A DNA stretch of 63,504 nucleotides, the filler included, from Octopus bimaculoides (Eukaryota): the NCBI RefSeq assembly GCF_001194135.2. It is 4 parts of 3 records of this genome, joined end to end, with 100 filler letters (N's around TTAATTAATTAA, not from the genome) between each part and the next. Parts side by side here need not be neighbours in the genome. Positions count along the whole stretch, not along the records: positions 24,500 to 41,854 come from NC_069005.1; 3 more parts are not named here. One strand, given 5' to 3'. Shown here piece after piece: positions 25,700-39,159 of this stretch. Numbering within the stretch: position 1 is the first letter of the stretch; the number at the start of each line of letters is the position of its first letter. The notes under the pieces are model-generated. The model worked only from the letters and a program-made list of their open reading frames with translations, made no database searches and had not been told where the DNA came from. Made by a program: the position numbers and the translations under genes.

Positions 25700-26765
25700 A
25701 TCAAGTTCACAACTTTAGAGCAGCCATAATCAATGTAAGTACAATGAAATGCAGGTTGGAGAGATTGCTGAGATGCTTGAGTGGAAACCTGAAGACGTAT
25801 GCCAGAAGTAAGATGGAGTGAAACCTCTGCCAGATTTCACAAACGCAAGGAATAAAGGTATATTTTGGTGTATGGTGTAGACAGTAGAAACTGTGTGAGT
25901 GGAGAAATGAAAGATAAAGTGATTGAGATATTCAGAGTGTATGATAACATAATGAAGTTTAGACTGTGACTGTGAAATTCATTTCTGCATATGCTCTGCA
26001 ATCTAGACTGGCAGATGAACTGAAGGATCGATTCTACAAGGCCTTTATGCAAACTTCTTTGGTGACAATGACATTATTGTAATTGATGACTTCAATAGAC
26101 ATGTGGGGCAATACTTTGATGGCCTCGGTATGCATGAAAGCTTTGGCTTTGGCACAAGGAATGAGAAGAGAACAAAACTACTGGTCTTCTACGATGCAAA
26201 TGACTTACTAATCTGCAACACTATTTTCAAGTCACTAGCCAGCCAGCTACCTGATCTAGCAATCTGACAGACTTACAAGCCAGACAGACTTTATTCCCTC
26301 TAGAAAATGAGACAGACAAAATGGTGAAAGGAAAATCTGTCTTCAATTAAAAATGTACAGATCAACATGGTCAGAAGTTATTGATTTCAGATTTAGAGCT
26401 AGATGGGCTCAGAAACAGAAATCAATCTGGAAAAGAATATATGGAAAGCATTTGATGATAAGGAGAAATAAACAGAGTTGCACAGCACAGAAGACAACAA
26501 GAAGTTCCCATAGGACAACCTGTTGAGGATTACAAAGTATGTGGCTAGTGCAGGGTTCCAGCCAAATTGAAGGTGATGTAGTGGTGCAGCATGGAAGAAG
26601 ACAGAGCCATAAGAGAAAATAGAGATTTGGAAAGATTAGAAGAGAGGGGAAAGCAGAGAATTAAATTAGGTAGTGAGAAGAGAAGCTAGACAACAAGTGT
26701 GTGTAGCAAGGGGGAGAAGCTTGCTAATGTTTTACAGTGTGAAAATCTGAGACATGAGGTATTCT
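25700..26765 (+). mobile_element. RTE LINE fragment: AP-endonuclease and linker
   Basis: RAAIINVSTMK.R.GEIAEML...RW; DFNRHVG; FGFGTRNE; DANDLLICNT.FK; QTDFI; RREARQQV.VARGEA. Same family as 32055-34520. Confidence 0.75.
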
Positions 26766-26993
26766 GGATGCAAGGCTGAGGACTGAGATGTGAGTGCATT
26801 TTCATTTAGTGATTTTGAAAAGACACAAGGGAATGCTACTCACCTATCTTACTACTGTCTTCATGTTGAGAAGACCCTCTTCTATGCAGAAGATTAGTAT
26901 TTTGGACAAAATGGATTAGGCAGGACAAAAGGAGTCACATGGGACAGAGAATTGTTGAAGTGGCTGAAAGAACTTTGAAAGACAAGCTGCTGC

Positions 26994-27025
<32 letters not shown>

Positions 27026-27269
27026 CTAAAGTGAAGATCAAATGAATAGTGTGTGTTTAATTGGCAAAAGATGACCATTCCGAAGTATACCTATATCTGT
27101 TTCAACACATTTTCACATCAAGAGTATTGTAAAACATGGGTAAAAGAAATGTTTTTTTCTCTTACTTCTTTCTCTCAACTTCTCTTTAGTTGTACAGTTC
27201 GTAAAATGGGAATATTATAAATATTTTCTAAAAGGTTACTTAATGATATCTGAGAAACAACAGGATCTC

Positions 27270-27790
27270 TAATTTGCTGTTGGTGTATTCGTGAACATTA
27301 CAACAGTGAGTTTCTTGTCTAGCCAATATATATCTCTTCACAATTTGGGCATTTGATACAGTAGGTTAGATTTCTGTTTTTACAGTTTGTATTTGCATTT
27401 GTAAATATTCTTCCAGTTTTTGTATTGATATATTGGCCATTATGTATGAACTGACATGTACTCCATTGATTGTCTTTGCATTTGGATACTATGAATGTTT
27501 TATCATTGTTGTTTAGGTCAAACTTTGCCTTTGTCAATAATTGCTTCAAAGTTTTTTGGTTGCCTTTTACTTTAAATCAGTGTTCAGTTAGTAATTATGT
27601 CTTTTAGTTTGTTACTTTGACCAATGATAGGCAAGTTTAATTTGGTGCTGTTAGAGATATTTTGGTGACATGAGTTGTGTGTCACTATAGATGATATGAT
27701 GTTCTGTTTTTGTATTCCTCTTGTATTCCTGTTCTAAGTTGTTCGATAGATATGTGTTTAGCATGCTCTGTACCATTTTCTATAAGCAGA
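27270..27790 (-). mobile_element. Penelope-like element fragment (linker plus N-terminal GIY-YIG)
   Basis: KQLLTKAKF...C..NQWSTCQFI...NCKNRNLTYCIKCPNCEEIYIG*TRNSL. The NL.YCI.C..C.E.YIG.T motif is diagnostic. Confidence 0.8.
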
Positions 27791-28315
27791 GGTAGATAAA
27801 TTTGTTGGAGTATAGAAATCCTTTATATATATATAATAAAACTAAACAAATGGGTTTTCTGGTGTTGCTACAATTGTTTCATTAGGAGTTTATATTCTGA
27901 CATAGGTATAATACAATTAGTTAGACATCACACTATATTACAAAGCTCCCAAATTCATCAGGCAACCAGGTAAACAAATGAACAAAGTCTTGTTGAGTAT
28001 TTTGTGGATTACTCAACAAAGCCTTTTTTCATTTAACTGGTGTCTAGCTATCAGGATGAGAAATCTGATTCATTATGTTACAGCACAATTATATGTTTAT
28101 ATATGTGCATCTATATGCATATTTATATGCATGTTGGACATGTTAGCATTACTAATGCAATTGGATACAGATTGCAAAATAGTTGTCAGTAAACAGAATA
28201 AACATACCATCTCTCACTTCTCTTATTTTGGTTTATTATTATTATTAAATCCAAATCTGGACCTGGAGAAATAGTTAAATCATTGCAACGGTATCAATGA
28301 CAGCAACACAAACAA

Positions 28316-28742
28316 GGGCATCTGATGTGGGCGTCCTTCATGCAACTTGTCTTTCCACAACACATCTCATTGATTGAGCCACAGTCATGGGTCAAATGTT
28401 GACCAAGATTGGATGTTTAGCATCTAGAATGCTGCCAGGTGCTCACAGTATTGTACCAGATGGACAAAGCTGTTAGCAGGAAAACAACTCAAGATTTCTA
28501 TAGGGGACTAGTTGAGGGTATGAGCAATGATGGCCTAGAATTGACTCTGGGCATCAATGAAAACAACCTGAGTGGTCTCTTCTGGAGGACTTTTGGGTTG
28601 AAGACTATGAGCAATTTCCAAAATTCTTAGGCATGGCAGCGCTATAGGAGGGCAAGCTCTTCAAGACTTTTGTGTAAACCCCACCTGTTTGTCCTTTCAT
28701 ATTGTCTTCCATGTCTTGGGCTCTTGTGGCCAATAAAAGAAT
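28316..28742 (+). mobile_element. Internally deleted Tx1/L1-clade LINE 3' fragment
   Basis: MWASFMQLVFPQHISLIEPQSWVKC*PRLDV*HLEC...TQDFYRGLVEG...FQNS*AW aligns with the 43251 copy (VRSPFVRRAFPQLVSLAELQSWIKQRPRLGEWHREC...KVFYRGLVEG). Same 3' end, gtggc(c/t)aataaaaga. Confidence 0.75.
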
Positions 28743-29975
28743 ATTATTATTATTATATGTGTGTGTAATAGCACAAAATGTTATTCAAACACAAAGAAAA
28801 GAAAGTAGATAATATGTAATGTAGAGTTTATCATGTTTATTGAAACTGGAAAATTTCACTTCTTTTCTTGTACTTTTTCTCTGAAATCTTATTTTTTCAT
28901 AGTCTTTTTCCTATGAAAGACCATATATGTACTGACTGTTCATAGTCTCAGTTACACTGCTGTCTAATTTAATGAGATTTTCAGTTTCTATACACACAAA
29001 CACACACACTGGTTCATTTTGTGCATGCACATGTGTATATTGGACACTGAATTTAATGCAGTACTTTTCCCTGACTCAAAGAAAATTTTTAAATAAAAAA
29101 GTAACTAGATATTGCCTTTATTCATTTTTTAAAATTCTCTTTTTTTTTTAAACTCATTATTTCAGCCTGAGACCAATCTAAAGTTTAAAATATAGAAAAA
29201 ATATTTTCATAATTTTGCCTACAAGGGCAGAAAATTCTCCACATTATCAATGTCATCATTCTCATTGCTGTAAGCAAGCAAATCTTTGATGACAAACTTC
29301 CAGCCACAATTATCCCATCTTTTTAGACACACTGAGTCTACTATTTATAAGGACACATTAGTCAATGTATATGTCAATTTTCGAGGCAGCAGAGCACAAT
29401 ATTAATGAGATTTGGTTATTATTTCAAGCAGAGTAAAAGTCTGCAAAGAGTCCCTGTTTTGGCTAATGTGGCAGAATGTTTTTTGATATCATAAGGTCAG
29501 TTCTGAACTAGCAGACCTGTGATATATGAGTATATGTATGCTTGTTTACATGTGCATATGCACACACACGCATACAAAAGTACATGCTCTGCTGTAATAC
29601 CAAATAGCACCTGTACAAGAAACTTAATGCACTGGCAACATACACACACACACACGTATTTGTTTAAGAATCATACCATGCTGAAATTATATCACAAACA
29701 GATAATTTTTTTCTCTCCTGGATCTAACTTCTTTCATTTCATTACAGCACCCCTCCCAAACCTTATCTCTTTTATACCCTACCTTCCACCCATCAACACA
29801 AAAATATGTTTTTTTCCACAATATTATTCACAGCCAGACTGAAAATTTTTGTTCTTTTATTCCCATAAAAGAATCTGTTTTTTTAATTCTAATTAGTATC
29901 TCATATATTTTATCAAATATCACAGCAGTCCAAATAATGGAAAAAATTTAATTTTTTTACAAAATAGAAACATCA

Positions 29976-30016
<41 letters not shown>

Positions 30017-31329
30017 TGAGTGAGTGAGTGAGTGCATAAGCACAGAGCTTTTGATTAGTGGTTGTCAGCAGAAAACAAGTATCTTCTACCATTTCCAATA
30101 TTCATAGAAGAAAACAGTTTAAGGAATCTATCTTTAAAATTCCATGTTCAGCTGAAGAAATAAGTAGATTGCAGAATTTTCTCAAGTTGGAATTCTCCTG
30201 AAAAAGAAATAAAACCAACTGTATATGTATGTGTGTGTATACATAGATGTTATAGTCAATTCATAAAATAACAGTGATTGATTCTGCATAGGCATACGGA
30301 TAGGTAAAAGACATGCAAACAGCATCAGTAAATTTATGAGGCAAAGAGAAGATAAACAATGCATGAAATTAGACAAGTGAAATTAGACATATGAGTAAAA
30401 AAAGTATAGAAATATATAATAAATAAACAACAAAGAAATGTACAATGAAGAATAGTGCACCAATGGAAGAAACAGAAGAGAATCAAATGTTTCAGGTAAT
30501 ATACTGTAACAAAAAAAAAGAAAAAGGATTAAGAGAGGCAAGAGAAAAATAAATGATACCCCCACCTCCATCCCTATAATTGACTTTCAAGCTATTTCTA
30601 TCTACAAAATTCTACTCACAGGTTATTGGTTAATCTGAAGTTGTGGCAGAAGATACTTAATGAAGATCCTTAGCCAAGGTTTGATCCCACTTGGCAAAGT
30701 TGGATTGAACCTGAAGACATGTGATACTGACTCAAACTTCTTCACAGCCGATATTCATCTGATCTAAGAATGGTGATTTGGGTAAGGATATTTTCTGAAA
30801 GATTAACAGGTCCAATATTTTTTATGATAATGCACAAGAGAACATAGATCCATATACTACAATCCTTTCTTATCCCTACATTAGATGATATTCATTTGTC
30901 AGATAGGTATAAAGTCTCCCTTTTAACAAGATGATCCATCATATTTTGCTATTAATCAAAGTTTGCCAGGAAAGTGAATCTGGAGGCATATTCTTATTGA
31001 TATATAGCCTCAGATTACCAATACTCTGAGAGTGGAATTTGGTAGATAGAAACTGCTTGGAATTTAATTGTGTGTGTGTGTGATGGCTATAGAGATTGGA
31101 TGGAGTTGAAGGGTGGATGTAGTGAATGGTGGATAAGTGAAGAGGATCAATGACACATATGAGTAAAAAGGAGTAGGAGATTGCTAAAATTACAGAAAGT
31201 ATGAAGAGAAGTAGAATAGTAATCATGATACAGTAGATAAGGGAAGGAGGTTAAAGAGAGAGATGACATGTAGTTGGACATATTGCAAGACTGTGAAAGG
31301 AAGTCATTGAATTTGATTCAATTTCGTTT

Positions 31330-31700
31330 CTCTTGCCCCAACAGGTCTTCACAAGCAGAGTTTAGTGTCCAATGAAGGAAAGGTTGGCATGGTGCCAGTC
31401 ATTGAGTTTGGTTCGATTTTGATTTTGATTTTGATTTCACTTGCCTCAACAGGTCTTTGCAAGCAGAGCTTTAGTGTCCAATGAAGGAGAGGTAAACATA
31501 AGTGGACTGGCTACAACCCCTGGCAAAGGCCACGGGTTATGGTCTCACTTGGCTTGCCGGGTCTTCTCACGCACAGCATATTTCCAAAGTCTCGGTCACT
31601 AGTCATTACCACAGTGAGGCCTAATGTTCAAAGGTCGTGCTTCACCACCTCATCCCAGGTCTGCCTTTAACTCATACAGTCTGCCTTTTACTCTAAGAGT
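31330..31700 (-). mobile_element. RTE LINE 3' fragment with internal deletions
   Basis: High identity to 32480-33130, e.g. 'gggtcttctcacgcacagcatatttccaaag...ccacagtgaggcctaatgttc'. Confidence 0.85.
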
Positions 31701-31764
31701 GAGTGAGTGCATAAGCACAGAGCTTTCGATTAGTGGTTGTCAGCAGAAAACAAGTATCTTCACG

Positions 31765-31860
31765 GAGTGAATTAGGGAGTGAGTTAATTTAGATGAGATG
31801 CAGTTTGGGTTCGTGCCAGGGAAAAGCACCACTGACACTATATTTCTGGTAAGACAGAAA
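31765..31860 (+). mobile_element. Short RTE reverse transcriptase fragment, opposite orientation
   Basis: VNLDEMQFGFVPGKSTTDTIFLVRQ, the Q.GF..G.ST.D motif of LINE RT. Confidence 0.8.
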
Positions 31861-32054
31861 AATATTGAGAAAACATCAATACATCTGAGAGTGAAAACAG
31901 CCAAATCTCCTCTGAATTGTACAACTTTTCCTCTGAAAATATTTACAATTTTTTTTTTTACCCCCAAAAGGCTCCTCCTATACTTTTTAAGTTAAAAAAT
32001 TTTCCCTACAAATTTCTTTATAATCATAATCTATGACATTTGTATAAAATTTCA

Positions 32055-34520
32055 TTAGCATGGGTTGGACGATTTGACTGAGGACTGGTGAACCAGATGG
32101 CTACACCAGGCTCCAATCTGATTTGGCAGAGTTTCTACAGCTGGATGCCCTTCCTAACGCCAACCACTCCGAGAGTGTAGTGGGTGCTTTTACGTGCCAC
32201 TGGCACGAAGGCCAGTCAGGAGGTACTGGCAATGGCCACGCTCAAAAATGGTGTATTTTACGTGCCACCTGCATAGGAGCCAGTCCAGCGGTACTGGCAA
32301 CGAACTTGCTAGAATGTCTTTTCACAAGCCAGGAAGGCGACGTTGGTAATGATCACGCTCAAATGGTGCTATTTACGTGCCCCTGGCATGGAAGCCAAAC
32401 AGCTGGTGCTCTGGCAATGATCACGCTTGGAGGGTGCTCTTAGTGATCTACTGGTACAGGTGCCATCACGATTTCGCTTTCGCCTGCTCCAACAGGTCTT
32501 CACAAGCCGAGTTTAGTGTTGAATGAAGAGAGGTTGGCATGGGTGCTAGTCTACAAATTTAGTTCGATTTCAATTTCGATTTCACTTGCCTCAACAGGTC
32601 TTCGCAAGCGGAGTTTAGTGTCCAAAGAAGGAATGTTATGCGTAAGTGGTCTGGCTGCATCTCAGGCAGAGGCCTTGGATTTTGGTCTCACTTGGCTTGC
32701 TGGGTCTTCTCACGCACAGCATATTTCCAAAGGTCTCCGTCAGAAGTCGTTGCCACAGTGAGGCCTAATGTTCGGAGGTCGTGTTTCAACACCTCATTCC
32801 AGGTCTTCTTGGGCCTGCCCCTTCCATGGGTTCCCTCAACCGATAGGGTGTGGCCCTTTTTCACACAGCTACCCTCATCCATTCTTGCCACATGTCCATA
32901 CCAGTGCAATCGTCTCTCTTGCACACCACAACTGATGCTTCTTAGGTTCAACTTTTCTCTCAAGATACTTACACTCTGTCGGGTATGCACACTGACATTA
33001 CTCATCCATCGGAGCATACTGGGTTCATTCCTTGTGAGCTTACGCATGTCCACAGCAGTCATGGCCCATGTTTCACTGCCATGTAGCATGGCTGTTCGTA
33101 CACATGCGTCATACAGTCTGCCTTTTACTCCGAGTGAGAGGCTCTTTGTCGCCAGCAGAGAGCTCTCTGAACTTTGCCCAGGCTATTCTTATTCTAGCAG
33201 CTACACTTTCAGCGCACCCACCCCCACTACTAACTTGGTCACCCAGATATCGGAAGCTATCAACTATGTCCAGTTTTTCTCCCTGGAATGTGACGGAAGT
33301 TGTTTTCTGCACATTTTCAGTGTTTATTGCACCTGAACATCTGCCACATACAAAAACTAACTTCCTAGTTAACCTTCCTTTGATATTGCTGCACCTCTTA
33401 TGTGTCCATAGCTTGCACTGGGTACATCTTATAAAGTTTCTACCTACACCTTTTCTACAGATCGAGCAGGGCCATCTACCTGAAGGGGATTGTGTTTTGT
33501 CTACNNNNNNNNNNNNNNNNNNNNNNNNNNNNNNNNNNNNNNNNNNNNNNNNNNNNNNNNNNNNNNNNNNNNNNNNNNNNNNNNNNNNNNNNNNNNNNNN
33601 NNNNNNNNNNNNNNNNNNNNNNNNNNNNNNNNNNNNNNNNNNNNNNNNNNNNNNNNNNNNNNNNNNNNNNNNNNNNNNNNNNNNNNNNNNNNNNNNNNNN
33701 NNNNNNNNNNNNNNNNNNNNNNNNNNNNNNNNNNNNNNNNNNNNNNNNNNNNNNNNNNNNNNNNNNNNNNNNNNNNNNNNNNNNNNNNNNNNNNNNNNNN
33801 NNNNNNNNNNNNNNNNNNNNNNNNNNNNNNNNNNNNNNNNNNNNNNNNNNNNNNNNNNNNNNNNNNNNNNNNNNNNNNNNNNNNNNNNNNNNNNNNNNNN
33901 NNNNNNNNNNNNNNNNNNNNNNNNNNNNNNNNNNNNNNNNNNNNNNNNNNNNNNNNNNNNNNNNNNNNNNNNNNNNNNNNNNNNNNNNGATACCTCTGTA
34001 ATTATTTGTATCTAAAGCGTCCCCTTTACCTTTGTAACAGTTGACTATGGTACTGCTACATCAGTCATTGGGCATAACTCCTTCATGTATCACCTAGTTA
34101 ACAATATGGGTTACTAGGCTATAGCCGACACTACCAGATATTTTGAGCATCTCTGCAGTGATTCCTGATGGGCCGGGGTCTTTCCCTGTCTTCATACTCT
34201 TAATTGCTTTATCTACCCTGGTACTGTCAACTCGGATAGCTGGTCCCTCTGTTGGGTCCACATTCGGCAGACTCTCTTTCTCCCATTCATTCTCTTTATT
34301 GAGCAATCTTTCGTAGTGGCGTCTCCAAACCTCTTTCTTTGCAGCCTAGTTTAGTGCAAGCATACCATCATCCATGTGAACACATTTCTCTCCTACGACA
34401 TCACGATTCTCTCTCACACACTGTCTTGCAACACGAAATACTTCAAGTCTTTGGTCCTCACGGCGCAGAATATATTGGCAAACTTTTTCTTATCTGCTTC
34501 TCCTCTGGCTAAATAAACCT
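32055..34520 (-). mobile_element. RTE-clade LINE, 3' ~2.5 kb spanning an N gap (33505-33989)
   Basis: DKAIKSMKTGKDPGPSGITAEMLK; VDSFRYLGDQVSSGGGCAESVAARIRIAWAKFREL; MLHGSETWAMT...LRWM...LRWYGHV.RM...GRGRPKKTW; 3' UTR with ggaagggcatccagctgtagaaac...tccaacccatgc. Confidence 0.92.
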
Positions 34521-34674
34521 GTTGCCTAGCTTTGCAACTATTGCTATTATTCTCATTATTAATCATTTCATCGTCATTATTATTAACTCTACTGCTTCTT
34601 GCATTATTGTCACTCTTCTCATTATCATTAGTACTGACATTATTATTATTATCATCACCAGTTATTATTGATTT

Positions 34675-35235
34675 CAAATTTTGGCACAAGGCCAGTAATT
34701 TCGGTGGAGGAGGTAAGTCAATAACACCTACCCCACTGTGTAACTGGTATTTATTTTATCGACCCTGAAAGGATGGAAGACAAAGTTGACCATGGTAGAA
34801 TTTGAACTCAGAATGTAAGGATGAAAGAAATTCCATTAAGCATTTTGTCCATCATGCTAATGATCCTACCAGCTTGCCACCTTGGCTACCGTTATTATTA
34901 AGAGCTATATATATTGTAATTCATATTATTGCTATTGAAATTAACATTATTACTACCACTAATATTACTATTATTTTTCTTGTTGTCATTATAATTATTA
35001 TAACTGTTATTATTGTTAAGGTGATGAGCCGGTAAAATCATTCACACATCAGACAAAATGCTTGGTGGCATTCCGTCCATTTTTACGTTCTGAGTTTAAA
35101 TGCTGCTGAGATTCACCTTGACTTTCATCCTTTCAGGGTTGATAAAATAAGTACCAGTTGAGCCCTGGGGTTTAATGTTATCAGCTAACCTTCTCCCCTG
35201 AAATTTCATTTTTGTGCTTTTATTAGAAAAGTTAT
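34675..35235. mobile_element. Inverted pair of family B SINEs (34675-34882 minus; 35015-35235 plus)
   Basis: Both carry the family B head and body in opposite orientations, about 130 bp apart. Confidence 0.8.
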
Positions 35236-35262
35236 TATTATTGTCGCTGCTATTGTTGCTAT

Positions 35263-35330
<68 letters not shown>

Positions 35331-35559
35331 ATTTTTACCTCTAGATAAGCTGACTCTTTAACTTCCAAGCATTGTGCGAAGCTATAATTTGTGCTGTTTC
35401 AAGTTGTTGAATATGCAAACTTAACTGAATGCTTATTAAACAATTTTCCATATAGACTTGATGGTGAGAAATGCTTCTCCAAAGTCATGAAAAATTTTCT
35501 CAGAATGTTGATGGTGTCTGGCAAGTCTACCTAATGTGGATCCAACAAAGGGACAAACT

Positions 35560-36425
35560 ATCTGAATTGACAGTAGCAATTAAGGATATGAAAACAGGGA
35601 AAGCCTCTGGCCTATCAGGAATCACCGCTGAGATGTTTAAAATATTTGGTGGAGTGGGATACGCCCTAGTCACCTGTATATAAATCAGGTTGTCCATGAG
35701 GGAGTCATACCCAATGACAGGTGTAGCACAGTCAACTGCTGCAAAGATTAAGGTGACACCTTAGACAGAAATAGTTACAGAGGTATCAAATTGCTGGTCC
35801 AGGTCATGAAAGTTAGAGAAAGAGTCATATCTCAACTAATTAAGAAGAGAGTTAGCTTGGATGAGATGCAGTTTGGTTTTGTGCCAGTGAGAAGCACTAG
35901 TGATGCTATCTTCCTAGTAAGGCAACAGCAGGAGAAGCATTTAGCCAAAAATAAACCTCTGTACTTGGCTTTTGTTGACATGAGCAAGCCTTTGACCGAG
36001 TTCCCCACTCCCTTATCTGGTGGCCAATGCAGAAGCTAGAGACAGCTGAGTGGTTGGTGAGAGCTGTATAAGCCACATACAAGAATGCCATTAACAAGGT
36101 GAAAGATGGCAACGATTTTAGTGTACAGGTAAGGGTTCACCAAGGATCAGTTCTCAACCCTCTCTTGTTTATTATAGTCCTCTGGGCCATAATAAAAAAA
36201 TTCAAGATTGATTGCCCTTAGAGGCTCAGCTGAATAACTACTAGAATTAGAGAAGTTTCAGGTGTGGAAGCAAGGTTTGAAATCTAAGGGTCTTAGAATT
36301 AATTTAGCAGAGACACGTAAAAGACACCTGTGCCAGTGACATGTGAAAGGCACCCATGCTGATGACACTTAAAAGACACCTAGTACATTCTATGGATTGG
36401 TTGGTGTTAGGAAGGGCATCCAGGG
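35560..36425 (+). mobile_element. RTE reverse transcriptase fragment with deleted 3' region
   Basis: IKDMKTGKASGLSGITAEM; YRGIKLL.QVMKV.ERV; LDEMQFGFVP..STSDAIFLVRQ.QEK; AFVD; GVHQGSVL.PLLF; ends with the RTE 3' UTR motif ggttggtgttaggaagggcatccag. Confidence 0.85.
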
Positions 36426-37129
36426 ATGTCAAACATTCAAGTCCAGTACAGTCCAAGTAAAGAATATATATAAAAATATATATTCAGTATTTGCAAAAAC
36501 AATGAATGAAATAAAAAGAAAGGAAAAATTGTAGGTGTAGACGATCTTAAATTCATAATCCAGGTTGGTACAGAACCAATACACATTCTACAAATTGTTT
36601 CAGAGTCTAATTAATTCCAAAGACAAAAATGAAAAACTCTTCTTGAAATAAAAATTAGATTCTTTGTCAGGAATTACATACTGGTATGAATAATTATGAC
36701 CAACAAAAATATACAAAGACCTTTCATAGCCCAGACGGGAACAAACAAACAAAGAATAATAGAATGAAAGATAACTAGAACACCAGATAATTCAAAACCA
36801 GAAAAATATATATAAAAAAAACCACTTCAGCATTTTATTAACATTACAATTCATATGTAAATATCTAGTAAAGACAGATAAATTTAATGAAACAAAAATT
36901 AAGTACAAAAATAATAGGGTTATCTAATCAAAATCAAAAATTATTAACTACAAACCAATATATTATCCGCTAATAAATGTCTTAATTCAAAGTTAATAAT
37001 ATGGTAATATCAAACGAAAAGAAAAAGAAAAAGCAATTATATATACTCAGCCCCTTCATGTTAATCATAGTCCTGTAGGCTATAACAGAGGAATTTTAAA
37101 CTGGCTGGCCTTAGGAACTCCTCTACAAT

Positions 37130-37275
37130 AGCTTTCACTTAGTGATAGCATCCCTGTACATGGCTTGTACAGCTCTCATCAATTACGCAACTATCCCTCG
37201 CTTCCACATTGACCACCAAATAAGAGAGCATGGGACCCTGTCAGAAGCTTTCTCCATGTCAACAAAAGTCTAGTG
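37130..37275 (-). mobile_element. Short RTE RT fragment
   Basis: FVDMEKASDRVP.SLIWWSM....RAVQAMY. Confidence 0.7.
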
Positions 37276-37398
37276 GAGAGGTTTATTTTAGGCTAAATGC
37301 TTCTCCTGCAGTTGCCTTACTAGGAAGATAACATCACTAGTGCTTCTGTCTGGCACAAAACCTAACTGCATCTCAATATATAGACACATTCAAACATG

Positions 37399-37431
<33 letters not shown>

Positions 37432-37499
37432 GAATAGATACATATACATTGCCTGTTTACTTGGTAGACAACCATGATCATCTCTAACAGGTTGACTAA

Positions 37500-37800
37500 A
37501 AACTGATTGTTCCTACAAACATGAAATTGACAGTGACACATGAAGACTTACAGAGTTTGCCACAAAGATTGCAATCTAAATCTGCACTTCCAGCCTGATG
37601 GTTTGGCCTCTCAGCTAGAGGATCATTATGAGTTTTCAAATGTCTTTGTGAGTCCAGAGTGGTTCTTGCAGACTTTGCTGCATACATCACAGGTAAGTGG
37701 GTTTGCAATAACAAATTGAGCATAATCTGTTGGTGGTTTGTGTATCTGACTCCAAAGGTGGCTTTAGGGTCCTGTATTTGGCAAGCATATTCAATCATAC
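37500..37800 (-). pseudogene. Degenerate tandem C2H2-like zinc fingers, probably retrotransposon-derived
   Basis: Frameshifted LTCDVCSKVCKNHSGL/QRHLKTH followed by LDCNLCGKLCKS. The C..C.K.CK...GL..H...H pattern occurs in RTE/RLE LINE ORFs; a host ZNF origin is not excluded. Confidence 0.45.
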
Positions 37801-38975
37801 TTACAGCAAACAAACAACTAATTCTACTTCTCCCTTGTGGGCAGCTCTTTTGCCCTTTGCCCAGCTTATTGAATTTGCATGGAATAAGCAACATCCTTCA
37901 TATATTTGTTTTCTCCATATATAATTAGATACATACATAAATATATTTACACACACACACACACACACATCTATGAATAAAACAGATAAATGGGGTGAGA
38001 GGATAGATGTTTATTCCATTCATTTACAATCATTTCAAAATTTTGTTAGTTAAATATTAGACATTACATCAACCTTCACATGTAAAAAAAAATTTAAATA
38101 TATGTGTGTGTATACCCTTATATACAAGGGCGCTGAGAAGTAAAACAGACAAATCTTCAGAATGATTCATATTAGTCCAAAACATGAACTCTACCACAGA
38201 GTGAAAGCTGACCCAATATATATCCACTGGTGATAAATGGCCATAGAACAATACACATTTAGAGGAAAAAGCAGGAGAAAAATACAATAAAACCAAAAAA
38301 CAAAATCCAAATTATTAAAAAAGCAAAATTAAAGAATCAGAAAATAATAAAATAGGTTTATCTACGTAAGATATTGTACTAAGACAGAACTATTTTCTAG
38401 TAGATGAATAAAAGAATAAATAATAAAGCATATGATCAGTGGGAAGAGAAAACAAAATAAGGTTTAGAATCAAATTGATTGTTGGATATCGTCAATTAGT
38501 TAACTACAAATATTTCATGTAAATTCGTTATAGGATGTTCATTTTTATACCATTAACCTTCCTTTACCCTTATAGTTAATTTAACTACTAGCATGTAATC
38601 TACTGTTATAATAATACTAATAGATGTAGCCATTTATTTCCTGTACTCCATTTCATCATATTTTACCTTATTTTAGCCTACCTTGTTTATTCATTTGCTA
38701 TTCATTTATCCATATACTTTTAGCTGTTTCCATTTACAACTTATGTAATCATAAATATAGAGAAAATATCTTAACTTGTATAATTGTTAATGCAGTTGCC
38801 TAACAAAACTTGAATCAGTGCATGAAAGTAAATGTGTGGATACTGTTGCCCTATATATTTTGTGGGTAGAAAGTTCTAGGTATTGATGCAAATGAAAAGG
38901 ACAATAATCCATACTAATTATTGAGCTTCTACTATTATACCACTAGTTCAAAATTAGTGCTCTGTGCTATATTGT

Positions 38976-39021
<46 letters not shown>

Positions 39022-39159
39022 ATGCATGCAGGTGATGTGAATGTGGGTATGTATAAATGTTGATGAACATACTTGCTAATACTCATTTATGAATGTATGT
39101 ACATGTGTTCTACTGTGCTTGTGGTTATTCACATAGTGGGTATGTGTGTGTATGCTTAC

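Noticed and set aside
27035-27115. ~85-bp similarity to 46365-46440 (atagtg.gtgtgttta.ttggcaaaa...tatctgtttcaacaca)
   Set aside because: A short remnant of a common dispersed repeat; nothing further can be inferred.
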